Shown here: piece by piece, positions 12,679 through 20,989 of the stretch
Layout: every line of letters starts with the position of its first letter
Position numbering within the stretch: the first letter of the stretch is position 1
Assembly (NCBI GenBank): GCA_050949045.1
Contig: JBMNEZ010000001.1
Location: forward strand, 1,280,001 to 1,344,000
Length of the DNA: 64,000 nt
Reading direction: 5' to 3'
From: Candidatus Izemoplasmatales bacterium
GTDB taxonomy: Bacteria > Bacillota_I > Bacilli_A > Izemoplasmatales > Hujiaoplasmataceae
Notes under the pieces: model-generated
The model's input: only the letters and a program-made list of their open reading frames with translations
What the model was told of the DNA's origin: nothing
Database searches by the model: none
Made by a program: the position numbers and the translations under genes

Positions 12679-13027
12679 AGGTGTTGGGACCGATATCGTC
12701 AAGGTCTGCAGAGTGGATCTGAAATATTTGAACCGGATTTTGAGCGATGATGAACTAGCACTCTATGACACCTTTTCCTCGGAATCGCGTCGTCAGGAAT
12801 TTGTCGCTGCCAGATTCGCGGCCAAGGAAGCCCTGACTAAGGCTTTTACCGCAACGAAGCATTTTTTTGCTTTTACAGAAATGACGATTCTTAATGACGA
12901 TGACGGCAGACCGTTTCTCAAATCACCTCAATTGCCGGAGTTTCGCATCTGGCTCTCCCTAAGCCATGAACATGAGTATGCGATTGCCTTATGTGTCATT
13001 GAGGACGCGGTGAATGATGCCCCTTGA
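12671..13027 (+). CDS. acpS: Holo-ACP synthase
   Basis: GVGTDIV, RFAAKEALTKA, LSLSHE. Confidence 0.93.
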   Translation: MIRGVGTDIVKVCRVDLKYLNRILSDDELALYDTFSSESRRQEFVAARFAAKEALTKAFTATKHFFAFTEMTILNDDDGRPFLKSPQLPEFRIWLSLSHEHEYAIALCVIEDAVNDAP

Positions 13028-13096
13028 AAGTGAAGGAAAGTTTAACTTGCATAATCTCAAGACATTTAGTAAAATTATTAATGCTGAGGTGAAAAT

Positions 13097-13615
13097 ATGG
13101 CCACTTATAAAAAGGGATTCAAAAAACAAACATCGGAACAAATGCTTCTTCAAGTCATCGTTGGCATTATTGTTTCGGTCATTCTTTTTGTGTTAATCGC
13201 TTTCATATATGATATCAGCACTAGAGTCCCTGATTATTCGGATTATACTAAAATAACCAAATATGAGGATGTTTTTACACAAAAAGACAAAGACGGGATT
13301 CCGATTGAACAATACATTGTCTATTTTTACAAGAAAGATAGTGAAGACTGCAATAAAATCGCCAAAAAACTTTTAAGATTGGCAAATAGAGTCACCAAAA
13401 ACGGGAATGTTTTTATAGTTTGCAGTACTGATGACATCACCGACGCCGACACAAATCTCGACGATTTTTTGGACGCGATTGTTGAGACGTCAATGAATGT
13501 CCCCTTGCTTTTGACCGTCATTGACGGTGAGCCCGCTGACGTTTATATAGGTGGCGATTCCGTTATCGATGCCATGATTTCGATCCAAAAAGGAACCTAC
13601 GAACCTTTCAATTAA
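13097..13615 (+). CDS. Membrane-anchored hypothetical protein, possible thioredoxin-like fold
   Basis: RBS GAGGTG; single N-terminal TM; IVYFYKKDSEDC resembles a Trx beta-strand followed by SxxC. Confidence 0.7.
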   Translation: MATYKKGFKKQTSEQMLLQVIVGIIVSVILFVLIAFIYDISTRVPDYSDYTKITKYEDVFTQKDKDGIPIEQYIVYFYKKDSEDCNKIAKKLLRLANRVTKNGNVFIVCSTDDITDADTNLDDFLDAIVETSMNVPLLLTVIDGEPADVYIGGDSVIDAMISIQKGTYEPFN

Positions 13616-13628
13616 CAACCAGCAACCC

Positions 13629-13648
13629 AAACCCGAAAGGGTTTTTTT
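13629..13648 (+). terminator. Intrinsic terminator
   Basis: AAACCC-GAAA-GGGTTTTTTT. Confidence 0.8.
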
Positions 13649-13712
13649 ATTCCATTTTACGGCCATATATGATAAAATCACATATAGAATATCCAGCTTA
13701 TCCGGAGGAAAT

Positions 13713-15920
13713 ATGGAATATTTGAATGAAGATTTGATCAAAGATGTCTCAATCAGCCAGAATATCAGCGTTGCTCAAGTTAGAGCAGTGCTCGATCTGT
13801 TGCAAGAGGGACAAACCGTCCCCTTCATCGCTCGCTATCGCAAAGAAGTGACGGGCTCTTTGGACGAAGAACAAATCCGCGCAATCGAAAAAGAATATGA
13901 TTATGCCGTCAACTTCCAGAAACGCAAGGAAGACATAACCAGATTGATCGATGAAAAAGGGATGCTTACAGAAGAAATCAAACTGGCGATTCAAAACGCT
14001 GAGAAGCTTGTCGACCTCGAAGATATTTACAGGCCTTACCGGGAAAAGAAAAAAACCAAAGCCACCGAAGCAATCAGAAAAGGGCTTGAGCCTTTGGCAA
14101 AACAGATTTTGACTTATCCTTTGGAGTTCGATCCCGAGACAGAGACTGCTTTGTATTTGAACGAAGAAGTCACTTCGGCCATCGAAGCAATCGAGGGAGC
14201 CAAACACATCATTGCCGAGATCGTTTCGGACAATGCCGATTATCGGAAATGGATCAGAAATTATACATATCAGAATGGCAGCTTAACCACTAAAATCAAA
14301 AAAGACGCCGAAGATCCGTACAAAACCTATCAGAACTACTATGAATATGATGAAGTTTTAAAGAACATTAAACTATACCGCATCCTCGCAATCAATCGCG
14401 CCGAAAGAGAAAAAGTGATTACCGCTAAGATAGAGGTCAATGTCGAACCGATCCTTGATTATCTCAATTCGAAGTTTATCGGCAAGCAGAATTCCCCAGT
14501 CGTCACAATCGTCGAAGAAGCGATCGGAGATGCCTATAAAAGACTGATCAGCCCCTCAATCGAACGGGAGATCCGCAGCGACTTCACCGAGAAGGCCGAA
14601 GATCAGGCAATCCATATTTTCTCAGAGAATCTTCGTTCACTACTCTTACAGCCGCCTTTGAAAGGCAAGATGGTTCTTGGCATCGACCCGGCATTTCGGA
14701 CCGGCTGCAAATTCGCGGTCGTCGATTCTTTCGGCAAATTCATTGACAAAGGGGTTATCCATCCTCATGAGTCAAGACCGGGAGAGAGGATTGAACCCCA
14801 AAAATACGAATTTGCAAAAAACAAACTGCAATATTTCATCAAAAAACACAAAATTGAAATCATCGCTATCGGCAACGGCACCGCTTCTAGGGAAACAGAA
14901 GCCTTTGTCGTCGATGTCATCAAAGAATTGAATCAGGAAGTCAAATATGCTATCGTCAGTGAAGCGGGAGCTTCTGTCTACTCCGCTTCCGAACTTGCCA
15001 GAAGCGAGTTCCCCGATTTTCAGGTCGAGGAACGCTCTGCCGTCAGCATCGCCAGAAGAATGCAGGATCCGTTGAGCGAACTCGTCAAGATTGATCCCAA
15101 ATCGATCGGGGTTGGTCAGTATCAACACGATGTCTCCCAATCAAAACTGTCGGAATCGCTTGACTTTGTTGTTTCGACTGCGGTCAACCAAGTCGGTGTC
15201 AATGTCAATACCGCTTCGTCGTCTTTATTAAGGTTTGTATCCGGTCTTTCAGCCGCTGTTGCGCAAAACATCGTCATCCACCGGGAGGAAAACGGCCCCT
15301 TCCACAATCGGGAATCAATCAAAAGTGTTCCCAAGATGGGACCGAAAACTTTTGAACAAGCCGTTGGCTTTTTGCGAATTCTTGAATCCGACAATCCGCT
15401 CGACAAAACGCCGATTCATCCAGAAAGTTATGAATTGGCGCTCAAGGCTCTCGCCTATTTGGAAATCGAGCCTGATGAGATTGGGTCGAAACGGTGTGTC
15501 GAGATCATTGCTAATCAGAACGCGGCGAGCCTAGCGGAAAAACTGGGAATCCATCCGGTGACAATGGTCGACCTTCTTGACGCTTTTGTTGCGCCCACAA
15601 GAGATCTTCGCGATCAGTTTCCGCAGCCGCTTCTCAAAAGCGAATTGTTGCGGCTGGAAGATATGAAAGTCGGCATGGAACTCCAGGGAACCGTCAGAAA
15701 CGTCGTCGATTTCGGAGCTTTCATCGATTGCGGCATCAAAGAAGCCGGTCTAGTCCACATTTCAAAAATGAGCAACCGCTACATAAAACATCCCCTGGAA
15801 GTTGTCAGCGTCGGCGACATCGTGAAAGTATGGGTCATCGGAGTTGATTTAGATCGGAAGCGCCTTCAACTTTCGATGATTGATCCCAAATCCGAATTAG
15901 AAAACAAGCTGCGTCGCTAG
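13713..15920 (+). CDS. tex: Tex family RNA-binding transcriptional accessory protein
   Basis: TVPFIARYRKE, GIDPAFRTGCK, IGNGTASRETE, IGVGQYQHD, C-terminal S1 domain. Confidence 0.95.
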   Translation: MEYLNEDLIKDVSISQNISVAQVRAVLDLLQEGQTVPFIARYRKEVTGSLDEEQIRAIEKEYDYAVNFQKRKEDITRLIDEKGMLTEEIKLAIQNAEKLVDLEDIYRPYREKKKTKATEAIRKGLEPLAKQILTYPLEFDPETETALYLNEEVTSAIEAIEGAKHIIAEIVSDNADYRKWIRNYTYQNGSLTTKIKKDAEDPYKTYQNYYEYDEVLKNIKLYRILAINRAEREKVITAKIEVNVEPILDYLNSKFIGKQNSPVVTIVEEAIGDAYKRLISPSIEREIRSDFTEKAEDQAIHIFSENLRSLLLQPPLKGKMVLGIDPAFRTGCKFAVVDSFGKFIDKGVIHPHESRPGERIEPQKYEFAKNKLQYFIKKHKIEIIAIGNGTASRETEAFVVDVIKELNQEVKYAIVSEAGASVYSASELARSEFPDFQVEERSAVSIARRMQDPLSELVKIDPKSIGVGQYQHDVSQSKLSESLDFVVSTAVNQVGVNVNTASSSLLRFVSGLSAAVAQNIVIHREENGPFHNRESIKSVPKMGPKTFEQAVGFLRILESDNPLDKTPIHPESYELALKALAYLEIEPDEIGSKRCVEIIANQNAASLAEKLGIHPVTMVDLLDAFVAPTRDLRDQFPQPLLKSELLRLEDMKVGMELQGTVRNVVDFGAFIDCGIKEAGLVHISKMSNRYIKHPLEVVSVGDIVKVWVIGVDLDRKRLQLSMIDPKSELENKLRR

Positions 15921-16100
15921 ATGGGCTTTTCTTGTTAGAAATACTCTATGCTGTATGATTTTATTTGTTTGGTGTAATTAGCAAAAAGTTAAGGACAAAA
16001 ACAAAGTGATCGCAATATCATAGTATTAATCAATAGGTCTTGTTTATTTTGTCGGCGATTCGCGGTATAATTAATAATGATTCCAAAAGGAGGAATTATT

Positions 16101-16772
16101 ATGGGAAAAAACAAATTTCGCTATGGATGGCTTGTAAAGTGGATATTGGCAGCGATTTTGATCGCAGCCGGCATCTTGATGAAAATCTACGATGTTGAAG
16201 TTGTTTATGCGACTACAGGCATCGCGATTGTCATCTTTTCGCTTGCCCGGGTAGTGCCACTCATCAAAACGCTCAAAAAAGAAGCTGTCAGAACCATTAA
16301 TCTTATCGAGATCATTTTTGATACGATTATGGGTGGAGTGATGATCTATGTTGTTTTTTCGGGTAAGGCCGGAGAACAATTTTGGATCAGTCTTTACGGA
16401 TATCTCTTGGCAGCGTTCTTCTATGCCCGCGGACTGATCTATTTTGTTTGCTTCTATTATTTTGAAGAGAAGTCCGAACAATTGAAATTTTGGTTTCACA
16501 TCGTTTGTCTCTCTCTCGGTGCGGCATTACTGGTTTTAACCATCCTGAAAAGGGATATCATCTCGACTCTCGGCTGGATCGTTCTCTTCATTTCAGTTGG
16601 CGGCGGCTTGTATCTTGTTTATGACGGCTATGGTGGATATCGCAAATATCGCGAAACTTCCAAAGCCCTTAACGAGGAAAAGAAACCGAAAAAAACACCA
16701 AAAGTTGAAAAGGATTTACCCAAGCCGACCCCTGAAATTCCCGAAGAAAAAGAAGAAACCTATATCAACTGA
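16101..16772 (+). CDS. Hypothetical polytopic membrane protein (~6 TM)
   Basis: RBS AAGGAGG, ATG 16101; six hydrophobic segments, charged C-terminal tail. Confidence 0.8.
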   Translation: MGKNKFRYGWLVKWILAAILIAAGILMKIYDVEVVYATTGIAIVIFSLARVVPLIKTLKKEAVRTINLIEIIFDTIMGGVMIYVVFSGKAGEQFWISLYGYLLAAFFYARGLIYFVCFYYFEEKSEQLKFWFHIVCLSLGAALLVLTILKRDIISTLGWIVLFISVGGGLYLVYDGYGGYRKYRETSKALNEEKKPKKTPKVEKDLPKPTPEIPEEKEETYIN

Positions 16773-16778
16773 AATTGA

Positions 16779-16807
16779 TTGACAGTCAGCCATATATGAA
16801 GTATTAT
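16779..16807 (+). promoter_or_regulatory. Sigma-70-type promoter of the tRNA-Ser pair
   Basis: TTGACA(16779)-17 bp-TATTAT(16802). Confidence 0.7.
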
Positions 16808-16830
16808 AAAATGGCTGACTGTCTTCTCAG

Positions 16831-16921
16831 GGAGTAATACTCAAGAGGCCGAAGAGGCGCCCCTGCTAAGGGCGTAGGTCGGGGAACCGGCGCGAGAGTT
16901 CGAATCTCTCTTACTCCGCCA
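16831..16921 (+). tRNA. tRNA-Ser(GCT)
   Basis: Acceptor GGAGTAA/TTACTCC, anticodon arm CGCCC-CT GCT AA-GGGCG, long variable arm, GTTCGAAT, encoded CCA. Confidence 0.97.
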
Positions 16922-16934
16922 GTCTTCAGATGAC

Positions 16935-16960
16935 AGGCGATTCGATATTGATCGCCTTTT
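16935..16960 (+). terminator. Terminator-like hairpin between the two tRNA-Ser genes
   Basis: AGGCGATT-CGATATT-GATCGCCT-TTT. Confidence 0.5.
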
Positions 16961-16980
16961 CTTAAGGAATCATCTTTTTT

Positions 16981-17071
16981 GGAGAAGTACCCAAGTGGCT
17001 GAAGGGGCTGGCTTGGAAAGCTAGTAGATCGTTAATCCGGTGCAGGGGTTCAAATCCCCTCTTCTCCGCCA
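16981..17071 (+). tRNA. tRNA-Ser(GGA)
   Basis: Acceptor GGAGAAG/CTTCTCC, anticodon arm CTGGC-TT GGA AA-GCTAG, long variable arm, GTTCAAAT, encoded CCA. Confidence 0.97.
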
Positions 17072-17115
17072 TATAACAAGCATGGGTTTGATACAATTCG
17101 TATCAGGCCTTTTTT
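17069..17115 (+). repeat. Boundary element copy R1 (starts at the tRNA-Ser CCA)
   Basis: CCATATAACAAGCATGGGTTTGATACAATTCGTATCAGGCCTTTTTT; similar to 18717, 19581 and 40681. Confidence 0.9.
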
Positions 17116-17447
17116 GCTTTAATAAAGGCTTTTTCTCGCTTTAACGAGTAAAATTTGCTTTTAATATATTATAATATACGTACTTTGATTTATATAATTG
17201 GTTTTTCAAACCATTCATTATATATTTTTCAAACCATCTATTGGTTTTATCTTAAGGTTTATGCGGTGTTTTGATAAATAGTAGAAATGATTTTTTATAT
17301 ATTAAGACAAAAATAAAAAAATATAAGATCCTACTTATTTAGTAATTCTCAACTGAGAAGGTCATGGATTAGAAAAACTTGTGATCTCAATATATAATAT
17401 TAAGTCGTATTGCAAGATTTAACTATCAATAATTGAGGTGAAATATA

Positions 17448-18518
17448 ATGTCGATAAGAATAAAAAAAACAGTTTGGAAAATAACAAAAAATCCTTTAAT
17501 ACGATTTCTTTTTGTTTTTTTTAGGAGATACCACGGGAGTTTAAATAAACTGTACTTAGAAAGAAATAATTGTTTTCAAAGATATTCAAATAAAAACATA
17601 CAAAATTTATCTGAGAAAAAAATCAAACGTGAAATGCTTATATCACTATACAAATACGGCTCGGATTTTGAAGAGTACTTCCTTTATGATTTTTTAAATA
17701 TAGATAAGCAAAACAGAAAAAATTATATAACATCAAATAACAGGTATTATCTATATACTGTACTTAATGATTTCAAATTAGAACATATATTTTATAACAA
17801 AAATGAGACTTTCAACGCTTTTAAAGAGTACTTTAAACGAGATCAATTCTTTATTTATCAAGACGCATCATTAAAGGACTTTTTAATTTTCACTTCAAAT
17901 AAAAATAAGGTAATTTTTAAACCTAAGAATCTTAGCTCAGGCAGAGGTGTTGAGATTATAGATCTTGGCAATCATAACCCCGAGATGCTTTTTAATAATC
18001 TCAAACTAAAGGGAGAAGGAGTACTCGAAGATCTAATAATTCAAGATGATTTGATGGCTTCTTTTCATCCCGAATCTGTAAACACCTTACGAATACCGAC
18101 GATAATATGCCGGAAAAATTCTGTAGATAACATTACGATTTTCCACCCAATAATGAGGGTTGGAAAAAACAAAATGATTGTTGATAACGGTGGTGCTGGA
18201 GGTATTTTGCTGGCTATAGATTCTATTAACGGAAGTATTATTTCAGATGGTTATGATGAGGATGGCGTAGTATATGAAAGCCATCCCGATACCAATATTA
18301 AATTTAAAGGTTTCCAGGTGCCCAAGTGGGGTGAAGCGATTAAATTGGTAAAAGAGTTAGCAAGAAAATTTCCAGATGCAAGATATGTTGGATGGGATCT
18401 TGCCTTGAATAATAGAAAAGAATGGGTTTTAGTAGAAGCTAATATGAGCGGTGAGTTCAAAGTTTTGCAAATACCATTAAAGATGGGGTTATATAATGAG
18501 TTAAAAAAATATCTTTGA
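17448..18518 (+). CDS. Sugar-transfer-associated ATP-grasp domain protein
   Basis: IFKPKNLSSGRGV, SVNTLRI, VDNGGAGG, HPDT, YVGWDLA, LVEAN; very AT-rich; RBS GAGGTG. Confidence 0.8.
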   Translation: MSIRIKKTVWKITKNPLIRFLFVFFRRYHGSLNKLYLERNNCFQRYSNKNIQNLSEKKIKREMLISLYKYGSDFEEYFLYDFLNIDKQNRKNYITSNNRYYLYTVLNDFKLEHIFYNKNETFNAFKEYFKRDQFFIYQDASLKDFLIFTSNKNKVIFKPKNLSSGRGVEIIDLGNHNPEMLFNNLKLKGEGVLEDLIIQDDLMASFHPESVNTLRIPTIICRKNSVDNITIFHPIMRVGKNKMIVDNGGAGGILLAIDSINGSIISDGYDEDGVVYESHPDTNIKFKGFQVPKWGEAIKLVKELARKFPDARYVGWDLALNNRKEWVLVEANMSGEFKVLQIPLKMGLYNELKKYL

Positions 18519-18594
18519 TTTTTAAACTTATTAACTTAAGAGTTGTTTTCAAATAAAAGAATAACTTTCAAATTAGACTGTATAGAGTAAATAC

Positions 18595-18716
18595 AACAAT
18601 CATTTTTAAATATTCCTTTGTTAAGCCGTTTTTATAGGGGTGCGTAAAACCCCTATGAAGGGTGCGTAAAAAAAACGGTCAGGGGTGCGTATTTGTATTA
18701 AAATAGGTTATACGTT
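18595..18716 (+). repeat. Cassette right-arm sequence, copy A, with three GGGTGCGTA direct repeats
   Basis: Aligns with 19496-19580; GGGTGCGTA at 18638, 18660 and 18683. Confidence 0.85.
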
Positions 18717-18762
18717 CCATATAAGAAATATAGGTTTGATACATTTTGCATCAGCCCTTTTT
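18717..18762 (+). repeat. Boundary element copy R2
   Basis: CCATATAAGAAATATAGGTTTGATACATTTTGCATCAGCCCTTTTT; similarity to R1 continues through GCTTTAATAA. Confidence 0.9.
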
Positions 18763-18981
18763 GCTTTAATAAGGAGTTTCCCTCATTTTGTCTAGTGTTT
18801 TTTGAAGTGAAAAGCAGCTAAAAAATAAGGATAAATTTCGAGAGCAGATTAGATCTTTACGTGATTACAAATTGATTTACACGATTTGAAGTAATTTTAT
18901 ATGAACTCTGATTTTAATGAATTTATTTAGTTATACTATAGAATAATTGAATTAAGATCTTTCTTTCTAATAGGAGAGGCT

Positions 18982-19467
18982 ATGTCTAACTTGCTAATCA
19001 GAAAAGCCACAGTTGATGATGCAGAAGGAAAAGGTTATGTTCATTACCAAAGCTGGATAGAAACATATTCAGGGCTTTTTCCCGATGAAGTTATCAGTAA
19101 TTTATCGCTTGAAAGGTTTGTAAAATCAGCGAAGGACCATCCTGAAAATACATATGTTGCCATCATAGATAATAAGATTATTGGATTTTGTTGCTACCTC
19201 GAATCTAGAGATGACGATTTGGAAAATACGGGAGAAATCATAGCAGTGTATGTATTAAAGGCATATCAAGGCTTAGGGATTGGAAGAAAATTAATGGAAG
19301 TTTGCTATAAGGAGTTAAAGAAATATTCTAAACTATCACTATGGGTGCTTGGCAGCAACAAGAAATCAGTAGCGTTTTATGAAAAACAAGGATTCATTGC
19401 TGATGGCAAAACAAAATTCTTGCAGGGGAAAGAAATTATTAGAATGATTAAGAAATCACAAGGATAA
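18982..19467 (+). CDS. GNAT family N-acetyltransferase
   Basis: YVLKAYQGLGIGRKLM acetyl-CoA motif, LWVLGSNKKSVAFYEKQGF; RBS AGGAGAGG. Confidence 0.9.
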   Translation: MSNLLIRKATVDDAEGKGYVHYQSWIETYSGLFPDEVISNLSLERFVKSAKDHPENTYVAIIDNKIIGFCCYLESRDDDLENTGEIIAVYVLKAYQGLGIGRKLMEVCYKELKKYSKLSLWVLGSNKKSVAFYEKQGFIADGKTKFLQGKEIIRMIKKSQG

Positions 19468-19495
19468 GGAAGGCTTTCTTTGAGTTTAATAATCT

Positions 19496-19580
19496 AACAG
19501 TCGTTTTGAACACTTCCCTTTGTTAAGCTGTTTTTATAGGGGTTAGGGGTGTGTATTTGTATTAAAATAGATTACACGTT
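19496..19580 (+). repeat. Cassette right-arm sequence, copy B (internally deleted)
   Basis: TTCCCTTTGTTAAGCTGTTTTTATAGGGG-TT-AGGGGTGTGTATTTGTATTAAAATAGATTACACGTT, matching copy A minus ~38 bp. Confidence 0.85.
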
Positions 19581-19626
19581 CCATATAAGAAGCATGGATT
19601 TGATACAAATGTATCAGGCCTTTTTT
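19581..19626 (+). repeat. Boundary element copy R3
   Basis: CCATATAAGAAGCATGGATTTGATACAAATGTATCAGGCCTTTTTT. Confidence 0.9.
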
Positions 19627-19737
19627 ACGCAGAAAGGGTATTTTATCCTATCTGTCAAAGTTTAATTCGGCATATTGAACATAATCGCGATGTCACAACC
19701 TTGGTTGTAGTAACACTCCAATGAATCAAAATAATTT

Positions 19738-19759
19738 AGCGGGGGAAGCCCCGTTTTTT
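19738..19759 (+). terminator. Intrinsic terminator with no gene directly upstream
   Basis: AGCGGGG-GAAG-CCCCGTTTTTT. Confidence 0.7.
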
Positions 19760-19882
19760 ATATTGCGTTTTTTACGATTTGGGAAATTGAAGACTTAAGA
19801 ATGCGATATTATGTTGTATAATATATGGCAGTGATACCATTTGTATCCTCTATAAATACCCAATATTTTAGGGAGGTTGCTA

Positions 19883-20989
19883 ATGATTGTTACAGTCGAT
19901 TCAACGAAATCGCTGAGGCAATTCGTCTACTTCATCAAAACATTATACAAGGATAATCCCCATTATGTATTTCCGCTTTTCAAAGTCCAGATGAAGGAAC
20001 TGAAGAAGGCGGTTTTGGCTGACAAAGACTATACAGCGATCTTGTCTGTTGAACAAAACGAAGTCCGTGGTCGCCTTCTTTATACTTACAGCACATCGAA
20101 AGACAAAGATGAAAAAATCTGTTTCTTCTCTTTTTTCGATGCGGTGGATGATATGAAAGTAGCCAAGGAACTTTTTGACAGGATGGAAAGCGACATGAAA
20201 CGCGATGGCATAACCTATGCGGAAGGCACCTATACTCCTTATGATCCCGATACCAGAAGAGGTGTGCTTGTGAACGGTTTTGACATCGACCCGACCCTCT
20301 TCACTTCTTATAATTATCAATACTACCAAAAACTTATTGAACATTGCGGATATCGGAAAAAAATCGACACAGTCAGTCTGGGCGTCAATACCGGTCATGA
20401 AAACGGAAAGCTATTGAAGGCGCTCGCTGCGATGTTCTTCAGGCGACACGATGTGACAATCCGGCCTCTTGATTACAGCAAATTGGATCAACAAATCGAC
20501 GCCATTCATCACATCCTCCAAAAAGCCACCAATGAACTGGTTTACCAGGAAGCACCCTCGATCGAGATGGTTCGGAATGTCGCCAAAAACTTGAAATTTT
20601 TCATCAATCCCGATTTCATCCCAATCGCTTTTGAAAACAATACGGGAGAACCGATTGGGTTCTGCTTGGCATTACCCGATTTCAACCAGTTATTCAAAAA
20701 AACAAAAGGCAGAATCAAACCAATATATCTTTTGCTTAACAAACAGAAAATTAACAAAGTCAGAGGCATTTTGCAGTATGTCGTTCCCAAATATCAGGGA
20801 ACCGGGTTAATCGGCGCGCTCTTCAACAGTATCTATGAAAATTTCCCGAAGTACGGGATAACCGAATTTGAAGCTGGTACGATGCTCGAAAACAATCTGA
20901 GACCAATCAAAGTTTTTCAACGGCTCGGCGGCAAAATTATCAAAACTTATCGAATATTCGGAAAGGATCTGAATCAAGATGATCTATAG
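19883..20989 (+). CDS. Tandem-GNAT-fold hypothetical acyltransferase-like protein
   Basis: RBS GGGAGG; FCLALPDFNQ, YVVPKYQGTGL, MLENN, KTYRIF pattern of a ~370-aa GNAT-like family. Confidence 0.7.
   Translation: MIVTVDSTKSLRQFVYFIKTLYKDNPHYVFPLFKVQMKELKKAVLADKDYTAILSVEQNEVRGRLLYTYSTSKDKDEKICFFSFFDAVDDMKVAKELFDRMESDMKRDGITYAEGTYTPYDPDTRRGVLVNGFDIDPTLFTSYNYQYYQKLIEHCGYRKKIDTVSLGVNTGHENGKLLKALAAMFFRRHDVTIRPLDYSKLDQQIDAIHHILQKATNELVYQEAPSIEMVRNVAKNLKFFINPDFIPIAFENNTGEPIGFCLALPDFNQLFKKTKGRIKPIYLLLNKQKINKVRGILQYVVPKYQGTGLIGALFNSIYENFPKYGITEFEAGTMLENNLRPIKVFQRLGGKIIKTYRIFGKDLNQDDL

Larger units (their letters stand above)
17069..19626 (+). mobile_element. Putative tandem array of two integrase-less single-gene cassettes at the tRNA-Ser(GGA) 3' end
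   Basis: AT-rich segment; layout tRNA-R1-gene-arm-R2-gene-arm-R3; no recombinase gene within it. Confidence 0.65.

Noticed and set aside
17069..19626. R repeats as CRISPR or classical integron attC sites
   Set aside because: Intervals are gene-sized; no RYYYAAC...GTTRRRY attC structure was recognised and no intI is present.
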